Below, in pieces: positions 11,212 to 22,124 of a stretch of DNA of 64,000 nt. Under the pieces are notes generated by a model. It made no database searches, was not told the DNA's origin, and saw only the letters and a program-made list of their open reading frames with translations. The position numbers and the translations under genes were made by a program. Positions within the stretch are counted from its first letter, which is position 1, and each line of letters starts with the position of its first letter. Origin of the DNA: an uncultured bacterium (GTDB lineage: Bacteria; Chloroflexota; UBA5177; JANWHV01); contig CAWHAE010000010.1 in assembly GCA_963827235.1 (NCBI GenBank), positions 992,001 through 1,056,000 on the forward strand, written 5' to 3'.

Positions 11212-12466
11212 ATGCTGATGCAAATGCGCATCGTGCACCTGGCAGACCTTCACCTCGGCACCGAGCTCTACGGGCACTACGACGCCGCCACCGGCAGCTC
11301 CACACGCCTGGCGGATTTCGGTGCCGTCATGGACGTCGCGGTGGAACGCGCCATCCGCGAGCGAGCGGACCTCTTTCTCTTCGCCGGCGATGCATACAAG
11401 ACCCGCGATCCTAGCCCGACCCAGCAGCGCGAGCTGGCGATGCGCCTGCGAAGGCTGCTGGAGGCGGGCGTGCCCGTCTTTCTCCTCACGGGAAATCACG
11501 ACATGCCCAACGCGGTTGCCCGTGCCACCAGCCTGGACATCTTCGGGGCACTGTCACCTGCCGGGTTCACCGTGGCCAGCAGGCCGGGCCTGCACACCGT
11601 GCAGACGGCATCCGGCCCGCTCTACGTCGTGGCGGTGCCGTGGATCACGCGGAGCGCCTTTTTCGCGCGCGACGAGAACAAGAACCTTCCTCCCGACGAG
11701 CTGCAGATTCCGCCTGCTCGAGCGGCTCGAGCAGAGCCTGGAGATTGCTATCGGGCGCATGGAGGACGACGGCATCCCTGCCCTGCTCACGCTTCACGGA
11801 ACGGTACAAGGGGCCGTGTACAGCGGCGAACGAGATGCCATGCTGAGCCATGATCTGGTCATCCCGCAAAGCGTGATCTGCAACCCTCGCTTCTCCTACG
11901 TGGCGCTGGGACACATCCACAAGTACCAGGTGCTCAATCGCCAGCCGCTGGCCGTCTACGCGGGCAGTCCCGAGCGCATCGACTTCGGCGAGGAACACGA
12001 CGAGAAAGGCTACGTCCTCGTGACGCTCGACCGTCAGGGCGCCAGCCACCAGTTCGTCGCCCTCCCCGCCAGGCCCTTCAAGACGATCGACGTGCGCTGT
12101 GAGGGCGACGATCCCACCGGGGACATCCTGGCTGCCCTGCAGGGCCGCGAGCTGGACGGCGCCGTGGTGCGCATTCGCGCCCGGCTTACGCCTGCCAACC
12201 AAGGACGCGTGCGCGACGCGGAGGTGCGGGCTGCGGCGCGCGACGCCTCCTACGTCGTGATCCGGCGCGAGGTCGAGCGTGCCTGGCGCGAGAGCGACCG
12301 GGGCAGCGCCTACAGCATGGCGATGACTCCGCTGGAAGCGCTATCCACCTACCTCGAGCGCGAGCGGCCTAATGAATCGAGCGAGCGGCGCGCCATCCTG
12401 ATCGAGACCGCGCGCCTACTGATCGGCGAGGTGGAGCCTGCCACCGAGCCTGGGAGTTTGGAATGA
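11212..12466 (+). CDS. sbcD: SbcD/Mre11 nuclease, +1 frameshift near 11708
   Basis: HLADLHLG, AGDAY and GNHD are in one frame; LHGTV, YVALGHIHK and YAGSPERIDFGE are in the next. Junction ctgcagattccgc has one extra base. Confidence 0.9.
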
Positions 12467-13479
12467 GTGAATATGAGCCTAGCGGTCGCCACGCCGGGCC
12501 GATGTTGGCGGAGCTGCATTCCCACGTGGGCGCCGCCGTCGACCCGGCGTTGCTGTTCAGCATTGCCCACGACCAGGGCATCAGGCTACCTTCCAAGAGC
12601 TACTGGCAGTTCGCCGAGCTCGTGACCGCCGATCCGGCGCGCGTGAAGACATTCGAGGCCTATCTCGACCTCTTCCACTGGACGGAGCTGATCCAGTCCA
12701 GCCCGGAGGCCATGCAAACGTGTGTGAAGTCGATCATCGGCGGCGGCTACCGGCACTGCAACATAGACCTGATCGAGCTGCGCTACTGCCCGATGAAGAG
12801 GAACCGAGACGGCGAGCGCGACCTGGACCACATCATACTGGCATCCACGCACGGCATGGACCGTGCCTTGCTCGAGTATCCGGACGTGCGGGCCGGCATC
12901 ATTTTGTGCGCGGATCGCAGTCTGGACCCGGCGGCTAACGAGACGATCGTGCAGAAGGCGATCAAGTACCAGACGTATGGCGTGGTGGGCATAGACCTGG
13001 CGGGACCCGACGTGGAGACCTTTGGCGGCCCCGGCTGCCTGGAGCGTGAATTCGCCCAGGCGCGGGCCGCCGGGCTCGGCATCACGGTGCACGCGGGCGA
13101 GAAAGGTACCGTCGAGGAGATGTGGGACGTGCTGGAGAAGCTGAAGCCCACGCGCATTGGTCACGGCGTCAAGTCGGTGCAGGACGAAAGGCTGCTGGCC
13201 ACGCTGGCCGAGCGCGAGATCACGCTGGAAGTCTGCCCGACGTCGAACCTGCGCACGGGCGCAGTGCGCGATGTGGAGGAGTTCTCGGAGATCTTTGCCC
13301 GGTTCCACGAGTTCGGCGTGCGCTATTGCATCAACACCGATGGGCCGGAGATGCTGCATACCGATCTGGTCCGCGAGCGCGAGCTCTTGCTGCGACATGG
13401 CGTCCTCGACGAACACAAGCTGGCTCAGGCCGACGAGAACGCACGGCGAGCCACGTTCGTGCGCGGCGCCGGGAGCTAG
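12463..13479 (+). CDS. add: Adenosine/adenine deaminase family protein
   Basis: ELHSHVG, GIDLAG, TVHAGE, RIGHGV, EVCPTSN, INTDGP; ATGA overlap with the sbcD stop. Confidence 0.92.
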   Translation: MSEYEPSGRHAGPMLAELHSHVGAAVDPALLFSIAHDQGIRLPSKSYWQFAELVTADPARVKTFEAYLDLFHWTELIQSSPEAMQTCVKSIIGGGYRHCNIDLIELRYCPMKRNRDGERDLDHIILASTHGMDRALLEYPDVRAGIILCADRSLDPAANETIVQKAIKYQTYGVVGIDLAGPDVETFGGPGCLEREFAQARAAGLGITVHAGEKGTVEEMWDVLEKLKPTRIGHGVKSVQDERLLATLAEREITLEVCPTSNLRTGAVRDVEEFSEIFARFHEFGVRYCINTDGPEMLHTDLVRERELLLRHGVLDEHKLAQADENARRATFVRGAGS

Positions 13480-13482
13480 AGC

Positions 13483-16044
13483 ATGGTTCCTCTGCACCTT
13501 CGCCTGCGGAACTTCCTCAGCTACGGGGTGGAAGGAGGCGACCTGGATCTTCGTTCCATACACCTGGCCTGCCTGACCGGAGCTAACGGCAACGGCAAGT
13601 CAGCCCTGGTCGACGCCATGACCTGGGCACTGTGGGGACGCAGCCGCGCGGCCCGCGAGGACGAGCTGCTGCGCCACGGCACCACGGACATGGAGGTGGA
13701 GCTCGAGTTCGCCGCAAATCACGCCGTCTACCGGGTGTTGCGCAAGCGCTCACTGCGCAAGGGCCCCAGCGTGCCCTCACTGGAGCTGCAGGTGCTGGAT
13801 GGCGACCGTTACCGGGCGATCACGGGCAATTCGATCGGCGAGACCGAGAGGACGATCGCCGGATTTGCTGCGTCTGAGCTACGAGACGTTCGTCAACTCC
13901 TCGCTGCTGCTGCAGGGCCGTGCCGACATGTTCACGACCAAGAAGCCGGCCGAGCGCAAGGAAGTCCTGGCCGAGATACTTGGACTGGGCCGCTACGAGG
14001 CGCTGTCGGAGCGGGCGCGCGAGCGCGAGCGAGAAGATCGCGCCGACGCGGAGCACCGGAGCGCCCGCATCGAGCAGCTCGACCAGATCCTGGCGGGCCT
14101 GCCCGCCGTTCGCGAGCAGCTCGCCGCCACCGGGAGCGAGCTCGCGGAGCTTCAGGCGCAAAGTGCCAGCACGGAGGAGCGCGTGGGCGAGCTCGAGAAG
14201 CGGCTTCACACCCTGGTTGGGCTGCGCGAATCCCTGGGTCGGCTGACCGAGCGTCTGGTCGCGATCGAGCGCGAGGAGGATCACGGGCAGCGGCGACTGG
14301 CCGAAGCAGAGGCACGCGCCCGAGCCGCCGAAGAGCTCCTGGCCGGCGAGGCGGCGATCCGGCAGCGCGTCTCCGAGCTGCTGGCCGCCCGAAAAGAGAA
14401 CGACAGACTGGGCCTGCTCGTGGTCCAGCTGCGAGAGCTGGAGGCTCGCGCGGCAGAAGCGAGGCAGACGATGGCCGCGGAGGAGGCCAAGATCAAGTCG
14501 GAGATGGGCGCTGCCGAGACGGGGCTCAGCCAGGCTCGCGCGGCAGTCGACGGTCTTGCCGTCCTGGCTCCAGAGCTGGAGGCGGCACGCACGCGGCACG
14601 CCCAGGTTGCCGAACTGCAGGAGAGGCGGCAGCGATGCGCGGCCGAGCTGGAGGCCATCGTAGGCAGGATTGGCGAGACGCGCGGCACCATAGCGGCGCT
14701 GAACGCCCGATGCGATGAGCTGCGCGAGAAGATCGTGATCCTGAGGAAGGCCGGGTCGGTCTGTCCCACTTGCGGCGGGGAGCTGGACGAACAGCGGCGC
14801 AGAGAAGCGGTGGACGCCGCGATGCAGGAGGGCGTGCAGAGCAAGGCACGGCAGGCCGCCCAGGAGGCAGTCGAGCGGGAGTTGTTGAGTGAGCAGCAGC
14901 GGCTGCAGGGCGTGCTCACAACCGTCGACAAGACCATTCGCGAAGCGCAGCAAGCCGGCCGCAGGCAGGCGGAGCTGGAGGAGAAGGCGCGCTCCCTGCA
15001 GTCGCTGGCCGATACAGTGCCGTCGCTCGAGGGCTGAGGGCCGAGCTATCCGGAAGGCTGCAGACCATGGCCTTCGCGGCGGAGGCGCGTGCGGTCGTGG
15101 AAGCCACCGGGCGAGATATGGCAGCCCTGGGCTACAGCAGGGACGAACACGATGCCGTCCAGACTCACATCCGCGCCCTGGCGCCGGCCGAGGCGCAGCT
15201 CCAGCGGCTAGAAGCTGCGCGAGCCGAAGCACAACAAGCGGCGGTCGAGCAATCAGGCGCGCGCGCCCACCTCGACGCGCTGGCTGCCGAGCGCGCTCGA
15301 GTGCGCGAGGAGGTGGTGCCGTTGCAGGAGGCCGTGACGGAGCTGCCGGCGGCACGCGACGCCGCGCTGCAGGCACGGAACAAGCTCGGCAGCATGCGCG
15401 CCGCCGAGCAAGTTCTGCAGCAGCGAATCGGCGGCCTGCGCAATCAGCTGGAAGAAGGCGCCCGGCTGGAGCGCGAACGCACCGCGGCGGCAGCGTCACT
15501 GGCAGAGGCGGAGAGGAGCGCCTGGGCACACCGAGAGCTGGGAGCTATTTTTGGCAAGCGCGGCATTCAGACCATGCTGATCGAGAACGCGCTGCCCGAG
15601 CTCGAAGAGGACGCGAACGACTTGCTTTCGCGCATGACCGACAACAGCACCCAGGTCAAGTTCGCTACTCAGCGCCAGGGAACCGGCGGCAAAGCCATCG
15701 AGACGCTCGAGATCCAGATCGCGGATAGCATGGGCACGCGGACCTACGAGATGTTCAGCGGAGGCGAGGCCTTTCGCATCAATTTCGCCATTCGCATCGC
15801 CCTGTCCAAGCTCCTCACCCGCCGCGCCGGCACCGACTTGAGCTTCATGTTGATCGACGAAGGCTTCGGCACGCAGGACGAGCAGGGGCGCGACCGCCTA
15901 GTCGAAGCGATCGGAGCCGTGGCGGACGACTTCGAGAAGATCCTGGTGGTGACGCACATCGACGAGCTGAAGGACCAGTTCGACGTACACGTGGAGGTCG
16001 GCAAGGGGCCGGGCGGATCGCACATCACGGTCTCTGCCGCCTAG
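13483..16044 (+). CDS. sbcC: SbcC/Rad50 ATPase, frameshifts near 13865 and 15032
   Basis: GANGNGKS, zinc hook CPTCG, FSGGE, LIDEGFGTQD spread over three ORFs. Junctions ggatttgctg (extra T) and ctcgagggctg (missing G). Confidence 0.9.
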
Positions 16045-16189
16045 TGCGCTGCCGCGATCGAACCGCTCAATCTGGACAGGATGCGCGCGCCGTCGTAGGT
16101 GCCCTTGTTCAGCAGCGACACGAATGCTCGCTCTCCGCACAATCGCCGCTCCGAACAGCTACCGCGCCGGAAGAGGAAGCGCGGTGCAT

Positions 16190-16753
16190 TCACGCGGGTT
16201 GGTAGCGCAGCAACACGATGCCCGACGAGTAGACCTTGCTTTCGAACAGCCGCAGGGACGCGGCAGGCGCAGCCTCGAAGAGGCGTTTGCCGCTTCCCAG
16301 GACGAGCGGGTAGACGAGCAGCCGGTACTCGTCGACCAGTCCGTGCGACATCAGCGCCCGCACCAACGTGGCGCTGCCCGCCACGAGGATGTCCTGTCCG
16401 GGCTCCTGCTTCAGCCTGGACACGCTCTCCGCCAGGTCGGCCTTAACCAACCGGGAGTTGTTCCATTCCAGAGCAGCCAGGGTCGTAGAGACGACGTGCT
16501 TCGGCAGACCGTTCATCCTGTCCGCGAAGCCAGCGGGGTCGGCCGCGGAGGGCCAGGCAGCCGCGAAGCCCTGGTAGGTGATCCGGCCCAGCAGCAGCGC
16601 GTCGCTGGCGAATAGCTCGTCGAGCTTGAGCTTCATGACTTCCTCGTCGCGGTAGCGGAAGGACCAGCCGCCGTGCGCGAAGCCCTCGGCGCCACCGGGA
16701 TCCTCCATCACTCCGTCCAGGGTCACGAACTCCGATACGACTACCTTTCTCAC
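16190..16753 (-). CDS. Dihydrofolate reductase / RibD C-terminal family protein
   Basis: EFVTLDGVME, LLLGRITYQ, VAGSATL, LVDEYRLLVYPLVLGSGKRLF. Confidence 0.92.
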   Translation of the reverse strand: MRKVVVSEFVTLDGVMEDPGGAEGFAHGGWSFRYRDEEVMKLKLDELFASDALLLGRITYQGFAAAWPSAADPAGFADRMNGLPKHVVSTTLAALEWNNSRLVKADLAESVSRLKQEPGQDILVAGSATLVRALMSHGLVDEYRLLVYPLVLGSGKRLFEAAPAASLRLFESKVYSSGIVLLRYQPA

Positions 16754-17008
16754 TGCAACCTCCACGAATTCGTGCTCACGCTCGTCCCGTGCCGTCTCCT
16801 CGTGCACGACGCCCGGCCCCATGCCGGCTTCGCGCCTCCTTATAGTGCCTGCCGTGTGTAAAGACGTCCAGACAGGAATCCGGATACCCGGCGAGCGCAC
16901 TCGACGCCGGAACTTCGCTCGGCATGGGCTTCTCAGCGCTGCTTGAGCCAATGGCGGAAGTGTGCTTCAATACGCCGGTGTACCTATTCAGTACTCATGG
17001 AGGAGCCC

Positions 17009-17923
17009 ATGAATCCATCACTGCGCGGACAGGTGGCGCTGGTCACCGGCGGCACCCGCGGGGCGGGCCGCGGCATAGCGCTCGGGCTGGGCGCTGCCGG
17101 CGCTACCGTCTACGTGAGCGGCCGGAGCACACGCTCGTCGCCGAGCCCGATCGGCCGCCCGGAGACGATCGAGGAGACCGCGGAAATGGTCACCGAGGCC
17201 GGCGGCCTGGGTATCGCGGTCCGCTGCGACCACCTGGTGCCTTCAGAGGTCTCGGCACTGCTTGACCGCATCGTCGAAGAGCAGGAGGGCCGGCTGGACG
17301 TGCTGATCGACAACACGTGGGGCAGCGATCAGTGGATTGAATGGAAGCCGTTGTGGGAACACGATCTCGGCAACGGCCTGCGCGCCCTGCGCAACGGCCT
17401 GGAAACGCATCTGATAACGCTCCACACGGCGCTACCACTCATGGTGCGCCGGGGTCGCGGACTCGTCGTGGAGGTCACCGACGGCGACGACATGTTCAAC
17501 GCCCGATACCGCGGCTCGATGTTCTTCGACATGGTCAAGGTGGCGGTCACCCGGCTGGGCAAGGTGCTGAGCGACGAAACGGCGCCGCTCGGGATTACTT
17601 CACTCTCCCTCACGCCCGGTTTTCTGCGCTCGGAGGCGATGCTCGATCACTTTGGAGTCGCGGAGGCAAACTGGCGAGACGCGATCGCGCAGGACAAATG
17701 GTTCGCGATCTCCGAGTCGCCGCACTATATCGGGCGTGCCGTGTCCGCGCTGGCGGCCGATCCGCAGGTCGCGCGCTGGTCTGGCCAGTCGGTATCGACC
17801 GGCCAACTGGCGAAGCACTATGGATTCACCGACGTGGATGGATCGCAGCCGGAGGCAAGCCGATTCTTCGCCGACGCCTACTTCGGCGACAAGAAGGAGG
17901 CCAGCGCGGCGGAGTACCGCTGA
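17009..17923 (+). CDS. SDR family oxidoreductase
   Basis: VALVTGGTRGAGRGIA, GRLDVLID, SLTPGFLRSE. Confidence 0.92.
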   Translation: MNPSLRGQVALVTGGTRGAGRGIALGLGAAGATVYVSGRSTRSSPSPIGRPETIEETAEMVTEAGGLGIAVRCDHLVPSEVSALLDRIVEEQEGRLDVLIDNTWGSDQWIEWKPLWEHDLGNGLRALRNGLETHLITLHTALPLMVRRGRGLVVEVTDGDDMFNARYRGSMFFDMVKVAVTRLGKVLSDETAPLGITSLSLTPGFLRSEAMLDHFGVAEANWRDAIAQDKWFAISESPHYIGRAVSALAADPQVARWSGQSVSTGQLAKHYGFTDVDGSQPEASRFFADAYFGDKKEASAAEYR

Positions 17924-18084
17924 GCGGCGGACCCACGCCCGCGGATTACTGAGACCGCGAGCGGCGGGGCGGTCGTGGTGGGGACCTTTCCGACCATGTA
18001 TCCTAGATCGCGGGACGCCACCATGACCCGCGTGCGCTACCGTGCGTCCGCCTTACTTCAGGTTCACGACTTGCGGAGGATACA

Positions 18085-19080
18085 TTGGCCGGCAACGACT
18101 CTTCAAACCACCAGCGGTCAGCCCCTCGCGCGCGCAATCGGGCGCCGGGGACGGCGCCGCGCCAGGCGGCAGGCGATCGCCTGCAAAAGCGCTCCACGAC
18201 CGGAGGCTCACAGCGACTGGGCGTGGACCCTTCGCTCGCGCGCCGCCGGCCATCTCGAGCGCGCCGGGCGCGCCCCTGGTGGAGTGGTCCCATTCCAATC
18301 GTGGCGGCAGTGGTCGTGGTGGCGGCAGTGGTCGCCGGTATCATTATCGCCTCCAACAGCGGCGGAAACGGCATGTACAGCGACGACCCGCTGATCGGGA
18401 AGCAGGTCCCCGCCAGCGTGCTGGACAAGGTGACCAACATCAGCCCGTCGGTGATCTCGACGGTCGGCGCCGGCACGATCGTCGACCCGCTGCAGGCCAT
18501 ATCGGGGCCGGCACTGCGGACCGGCGGCCTGCCACAGGTTCTCTATATTGGCGCGGAGTTCTGCCCATACTGCGCCGCAGACCGCTGGAGCCTGGTGAAC
18601 GCTCTCGGCCGATTCGGCACCTTCTCCAACCTGCACTACATGCGCTCGGCGCTCACCGATCAGGATCTGGTCACGTTCACCTTTCACGGCTCCAGCTACA
18701 GCAGCAAGTACGTGAACTTCGTTCCCGTCGAGAACGAGGATCGGGCGGAAAACCAGCTCGAGCCCTTGACCACCCTGCAGGCGCAGCTTCTCTCTTCGCT
18801 GGGGAACAGCGGCTTCCCCTTCGTGGATATCGACGGCAAGTATGCCAACGACGCGAAAGGCGCCTTCCCCGGTGGATACAATCAGACACTGCTCAGCGGG
18901 CTTACGTGGACACAGGTAACGTCGAGGCTGTCGGATCCGACAAACGCCCACACGCAGGGGATGGTAGCGGCCGCCAACTACTTCACGGCAGCTATCTGCA
19001 AGGTCACCGGCAACCAGCCCAGCTCGGCCTGCGGCACCGCAACGATCCGCTCCGTCGAGCAGCTTCTGCCAAGGAAATAG
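18085..19080 (+). CDS. DUF929-like membrane-anchored thioredoxin-fold protein
   Basis: One TM helix, then YIGAEFCPYCAADRW (CxxC) and a GFPF cis-Pro loop. Confidence 0.8.
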   Translation: MAGNDSSNHQRSAPRARNRAPGTAPRQAAGDRLQKRSTTGGSQRLGVDPSLARRRPSRARRARPWWSGPIPIVAAVVVVAAVVAGIIIASNSGGNGMYSDDPLIGKQVPASVLDKVTNISPSVISTVGAGTIVDPLQAISGPALRTGGLPQVLYIGAEFCPYCAADRWSLVNALGRFGTFSNLHYMRSALTDQDLVTFTFHGSSYSSKYVNFVPVENEDRAENQLEPLTTLQAQLLSSLGNSGFPFVDIDGKYANDAKGAFPGGYNQTLLSGLTWTQVTSRLSDPTNAHTQGMVAAANYFTAAICKVTGNQPSSACGTATIRSVEQLLPRK

Positions 19081-19090
19081 GGGTGAATGC

Positions 19091-19690
19091 ATGGTCAGCA
19101 AGTCGTCGCCGGCCGGTCTTGAGCTCGAAGACTCAGTGGTGAGCTCGGAGCTGCCCGGCCGTCTGCCATTCGACCTGATCGCCGTGCTGATCATGGCGGT
19201 CGTGGGATTCGGTATCTCGGTCTACCTGACGACCGTCCACTACGCCAACGCACCGCTCGTCTGCAGCACCGGAGGAATCGTGAGCTGCAGCGACGTGACG
19301 CGGAGCTCATATTCCTTCGTGCCGGGCACCGGCATGCCGATCACCATACCGGGCATGCTCTGGTTTGTGATTTCGGCAGCCCTGGCAGCACTGTCATGGC
19401 AGGCGCAGAGCGGTCGCTCGACCGTCCTGGCGCGGTTCGGCCTCGAGGAGGACGGCAAGCTGTTGCTTCGCCTCGGATTCGCGCAGCTGGCATGGTGCGT
19501 GGCTGGGCTCGCCGCCGTGTTCTACCTCGTCTATGCGGAGCTCGTGAAGCTGCACAAGATCTGCGAGTGGTGCACCGGCGTGCACATCCTGACGGCGCTG
19601 ACCTTCTTCGTGGCGCTCTACCGGTGCCTGAACCTGCTCGACGGCGGCGACCTGGAGGAGGAAGGGGCCGGGCAGAGCCAGTCTCAATAG
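19091..19690 (+). CDS. Vitamin K epoxide reductase (VKOR) family protein
   Basis: Loop cysteines CSTGGIVSC, TM helices and ICEWC redox motif. Confidence 0.92.
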   Translation: MVSKSSPAGLELEDSVVSSELPGRLPFDLIAVLIMAVVGFGISVYLTTVHYANAPLVCSTGGIVSCSDVTRSSYSFVPGTGMPITIPGMLWFVISAALAALSWQAQSGRSTVLARFGLEEDGKLLLRLGFAQLAWCVAGLAAVFYLVYAELVKLHKICEWCTGVHILTALTFFVALYRCLNLLDGGDLEEEGAGQSQSQ

Positions 19691-19828
19691 CGTTCAGTTG
19701 GGCAGGCGGCCGTCTGAGCCCTGAGCAGCGGGCGACCGGAAGCGCATGACAGAAGCGCTTCTCGCCGCTGCGTGCAATCTCGCGGTGCCCAGGCAGCACC
19801 GGCGGGTATTGCACGCAGCGGCGGGCGG

Positions 19829-21109
19829 CTATAAAGCCATCAGCAGAGGCTTCTCCAGTGCGGTGCGCACGTCGGACAGGAACTGGGCTCCCTTCGCTCC
19901 GTCGGTGGCCCGGTGGTCGGCCGAGAGCGTTATCTTCATGATCGTGCCGATGGCCAGCTGACCGTCGCGAACGACCGGCAGCTCGCGTATGGCGCCCACG
20001 GCCAAGATCGCCGCCTGCGGAGGATTGATGATCGCCACGAACGTGTCGATACCGAACATGCCGAGGTTGCTGATTGTGAAGGTGCCGTCGGCGTAATCCT
20101 CGGCAAGCAGCTTGCCGGCGCGAGCACGCTCCGCCATGGCCTTCGTCTCTCGGGCGATCTGGCCGAGCGACTTGCGGTCCACGTCAGGAATCACAGGAGA
20201 GACGAGGCCGTCGTCCAGCGCAACAGCTACCGAGATGTTGATGTGATCGTGCAGCACCAGCTTGCCGTCTCGATAGGAGCCGTTGAGGTCGGGGTGGCGC
20301 TGCAGTGCCCACGCCGCGGCCTTGACCACCATATCGTTGACGGAGACCTTAAGGCTGCCAGCAGCCTGCTCGTTCAGCGAGGCACGGAGCTTGACGGCCT
20401 CGGCCATGTCGACGTCCACGGTGAGATAGAAGTGCGGCGCGGTCTGCTTGCTCTCGGTGAGTCGCTTGGCGGCGGTCAACTGCACCCGCGTCAGCGCCCG
20501 CTCGCCGGCGCCCGCGGCGACAGGCTCCAACTCCACGGAGACGCGCGGGGGCTCGGGCGTGGCCGGCAGCCCGACCGGTGCGATCACAGGAGCGGCGACA
20601 GGCGCCTGAGCCGCCCCGGCAAGCGCCGCCTCCACGTCGCTCTTGACCACGCGTCCGCCGGGACCGCGACCGGCGATCAGGCTGAGATCGAGGGCATTCG
20701 ATTCGGCAAGCTTTCGCGCCAGCGGCGAGGCCTTGATGCGGCCGTCCAGCCCGTTGAGCCGCCCGGCAGCAACGGGCGCCGCGGCCTGAGCCGGGGCAGC
20801 GGCGGGAACGGTGGAAGCCGCGGCCGGCGGCGCGGCGGGCGCCGGCGGAGTGTCGGCAGGCGGCTGTTCGCCCTCCTTCAGGAGAATGGCGATCGGCTTA
20901 CCCACTTCCTCGCTCTCACCCTCGTGCACCAGTATGCGGTGCAGCGTGCCTTCACCGTACGACTCGACCTCCATGTTCACCTTGTCGGTCTCGATCTCGG
21001 CTACGACGTCGCCACGGTGAACCTGATCGCCTTCCTTCTTGAGCCACTTGACCAGCTTGCCGTGCGTTTCGTCGGCACCGGTTTTCGGCATCAGCACTGT
21101 CGTCGGCAT
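19829..21109 (-). CDS. pdhC: Pyruvate dehydrogenase E2
   Basis: Lipoyl ETDKV, E3-binding ASPLARKLA, catalytic DHRATDG. Confidence 0.95.
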   Translation of the reverse strand: MPTTVLMPKTGADETHGKLVKWLKKEGDQVHRGDVVAEIETDKVNMEVESYGEGTLHRILVHEGESEEVGKPIAILLKEGEQPPADTPPAPAAPPAAASTVPAAAPAQAAAPVAAGRLNGLDGRIKASPLARKLAESNALDLSLIAGRGPGGRVVKSDVEAALAGAAQAPVAAPVIAPVGLPATPEPPRVSVELEPVAAGAGERALTRVQLTAAKRLTESKQTAPHFYLTVDVDMAEAVKLRASLNEQAAGSLKVSVNDMVVKAAAWALQRHPDLNGSYRDGKLVLHDHINISVAVALDDGLVSPVIPDVDRKSLGQIARETKAMAERARAGKLLAEDYADGTFTISNLGMFGIDTFVAIINPPQAAILAVGAIRELPVVRDGQLAIGTIMKITLSADHRATDGAKGAQFLSDVRTALEKPLLMAL

Positions 21110-21120
21110 TCGGCATCCTC

Positions 21121-22098
21121 CTACGATCGATACAGCAACTGCCGCGCGGCACGCAGCACGTGCTCCTCGCGAGGGTAGGCCTCACGCTCAATATTCTTTG
21201 CGTAGGGAAGAGGCACTTCGGCCGCGGCCAGTCGCGCCACCGGAGCGTCCAGGTAGTCGAACGCCTCTTCATAGATGCGGCTGGCAATCTCGGCGCCCAT
21301 GCCGCACGAGCGCCAATCTTCCTCGAGCACCATGGCGCGATTGGTCTTGCGTACGGACTCCACGACGGTTTCGACGTCGAGCGGGCGAAGCGTGCGCAAA
21401 TCCACGACTTCCGCCTCGATGCCCTCGCCGGCGAGCTCCTTCGCGGCCTGCATGGCGATAGTCAGCATGCGCGAATAGGTGACTATGGTGACGTCCTTGC
21501 CCGGCCGCTTGACGTCTGCTTTGCCGATCGGAATCGAGTAGTCGCCTTCCGGCACCTCACCCCGGCTGGCATAGAGCTTCGTGTGCTCTATGAAGAATAC
21601 CGGGTCATCGGAGCGTACGGACGACTTGAGCAGGCCCTTGGCATCGTACGGAGTGGCCGGCATCACCACTTTCAGGCCGGGAATGTGGGCGAAATACGAC
21701 TCGAAGGTCTGCGAGTGGGTGGCGGCCACCTGGGCCCAGCCGGCAGGCGTGCGGATGACTATGGGGGCCTTGAACGCACCGCCGAACATGTAGTGCACTT
21801 TGGCCGCGTTGTTGATAATCTGGTCGATCGCCACGAGGCTGAAGTTCACCGTCATAAGCTCGACGATGGGCCGCAGCCCGCCCATGGCGGCGCCGACGCC
21901 CGCACCGACGAACACCGACTCGGCGAGGGGCGTGTCGCGGCATCGCTTTGCCCCGAACTCATCGAGCAAGCCCCTGGTCACGGTATACGAGCCACCATAG
22001 GCGTTGATGTCCTCGCCCATGATCAGCACGCGCTCGTCGGCGCGCATCTCCTCCCGAATCGCCTCACGCAGCGCTTCGGCGTATGTGATTATCGGCAC
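21121..22098 (-). CDS. pdhB: Pyruvate dehydrogenase E1 beta
   Basis: GEDINAYGG, DTPLAE, DLRTLRPLD. Confidence 0.95.
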   Translation of the reverse strand: MPIITYAEALREAIREEMRADERVLIMGEDINAYGGSYTVTRGLLDEFGAKRCRDTPLAESVFVGAGVGAAMGGLRPIVELMTVNFSLVAIDQIINNAAKVHYMFGGAFKAPIVIRTPAGWAQVAATHSQTFESYFAHIPGLKVVMPATPYDAKGLLKSSVRSDDPVFFIEHTKLYASRGEVPEGDYSIPIGKADVKRPGKDVTIVTYSRMLTIAMQAAKELAGEGIEAEVVDLRTLRPLDVETVVESVRKTNRAMVLEEDWRSCGMGAEIASRIYEEAFDYLDAPVARLAAAEVPLPYAKNIEREAYPREEHVLRAARQLLYRS

Positions 22099-22124
22099 GC
22101 GGCCTCCATGCAGCAGCGAACGTT

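Noticed and set aside
11700-15040. Programmed frameshifting or true pseudogenisation of sbcD/sbcC
   Set aside because: All three breaks are single-base indels in short T or G runs, with intact motifs and no slippery heptamer. Sequencing error is the simpler explanation; reads would settle it.
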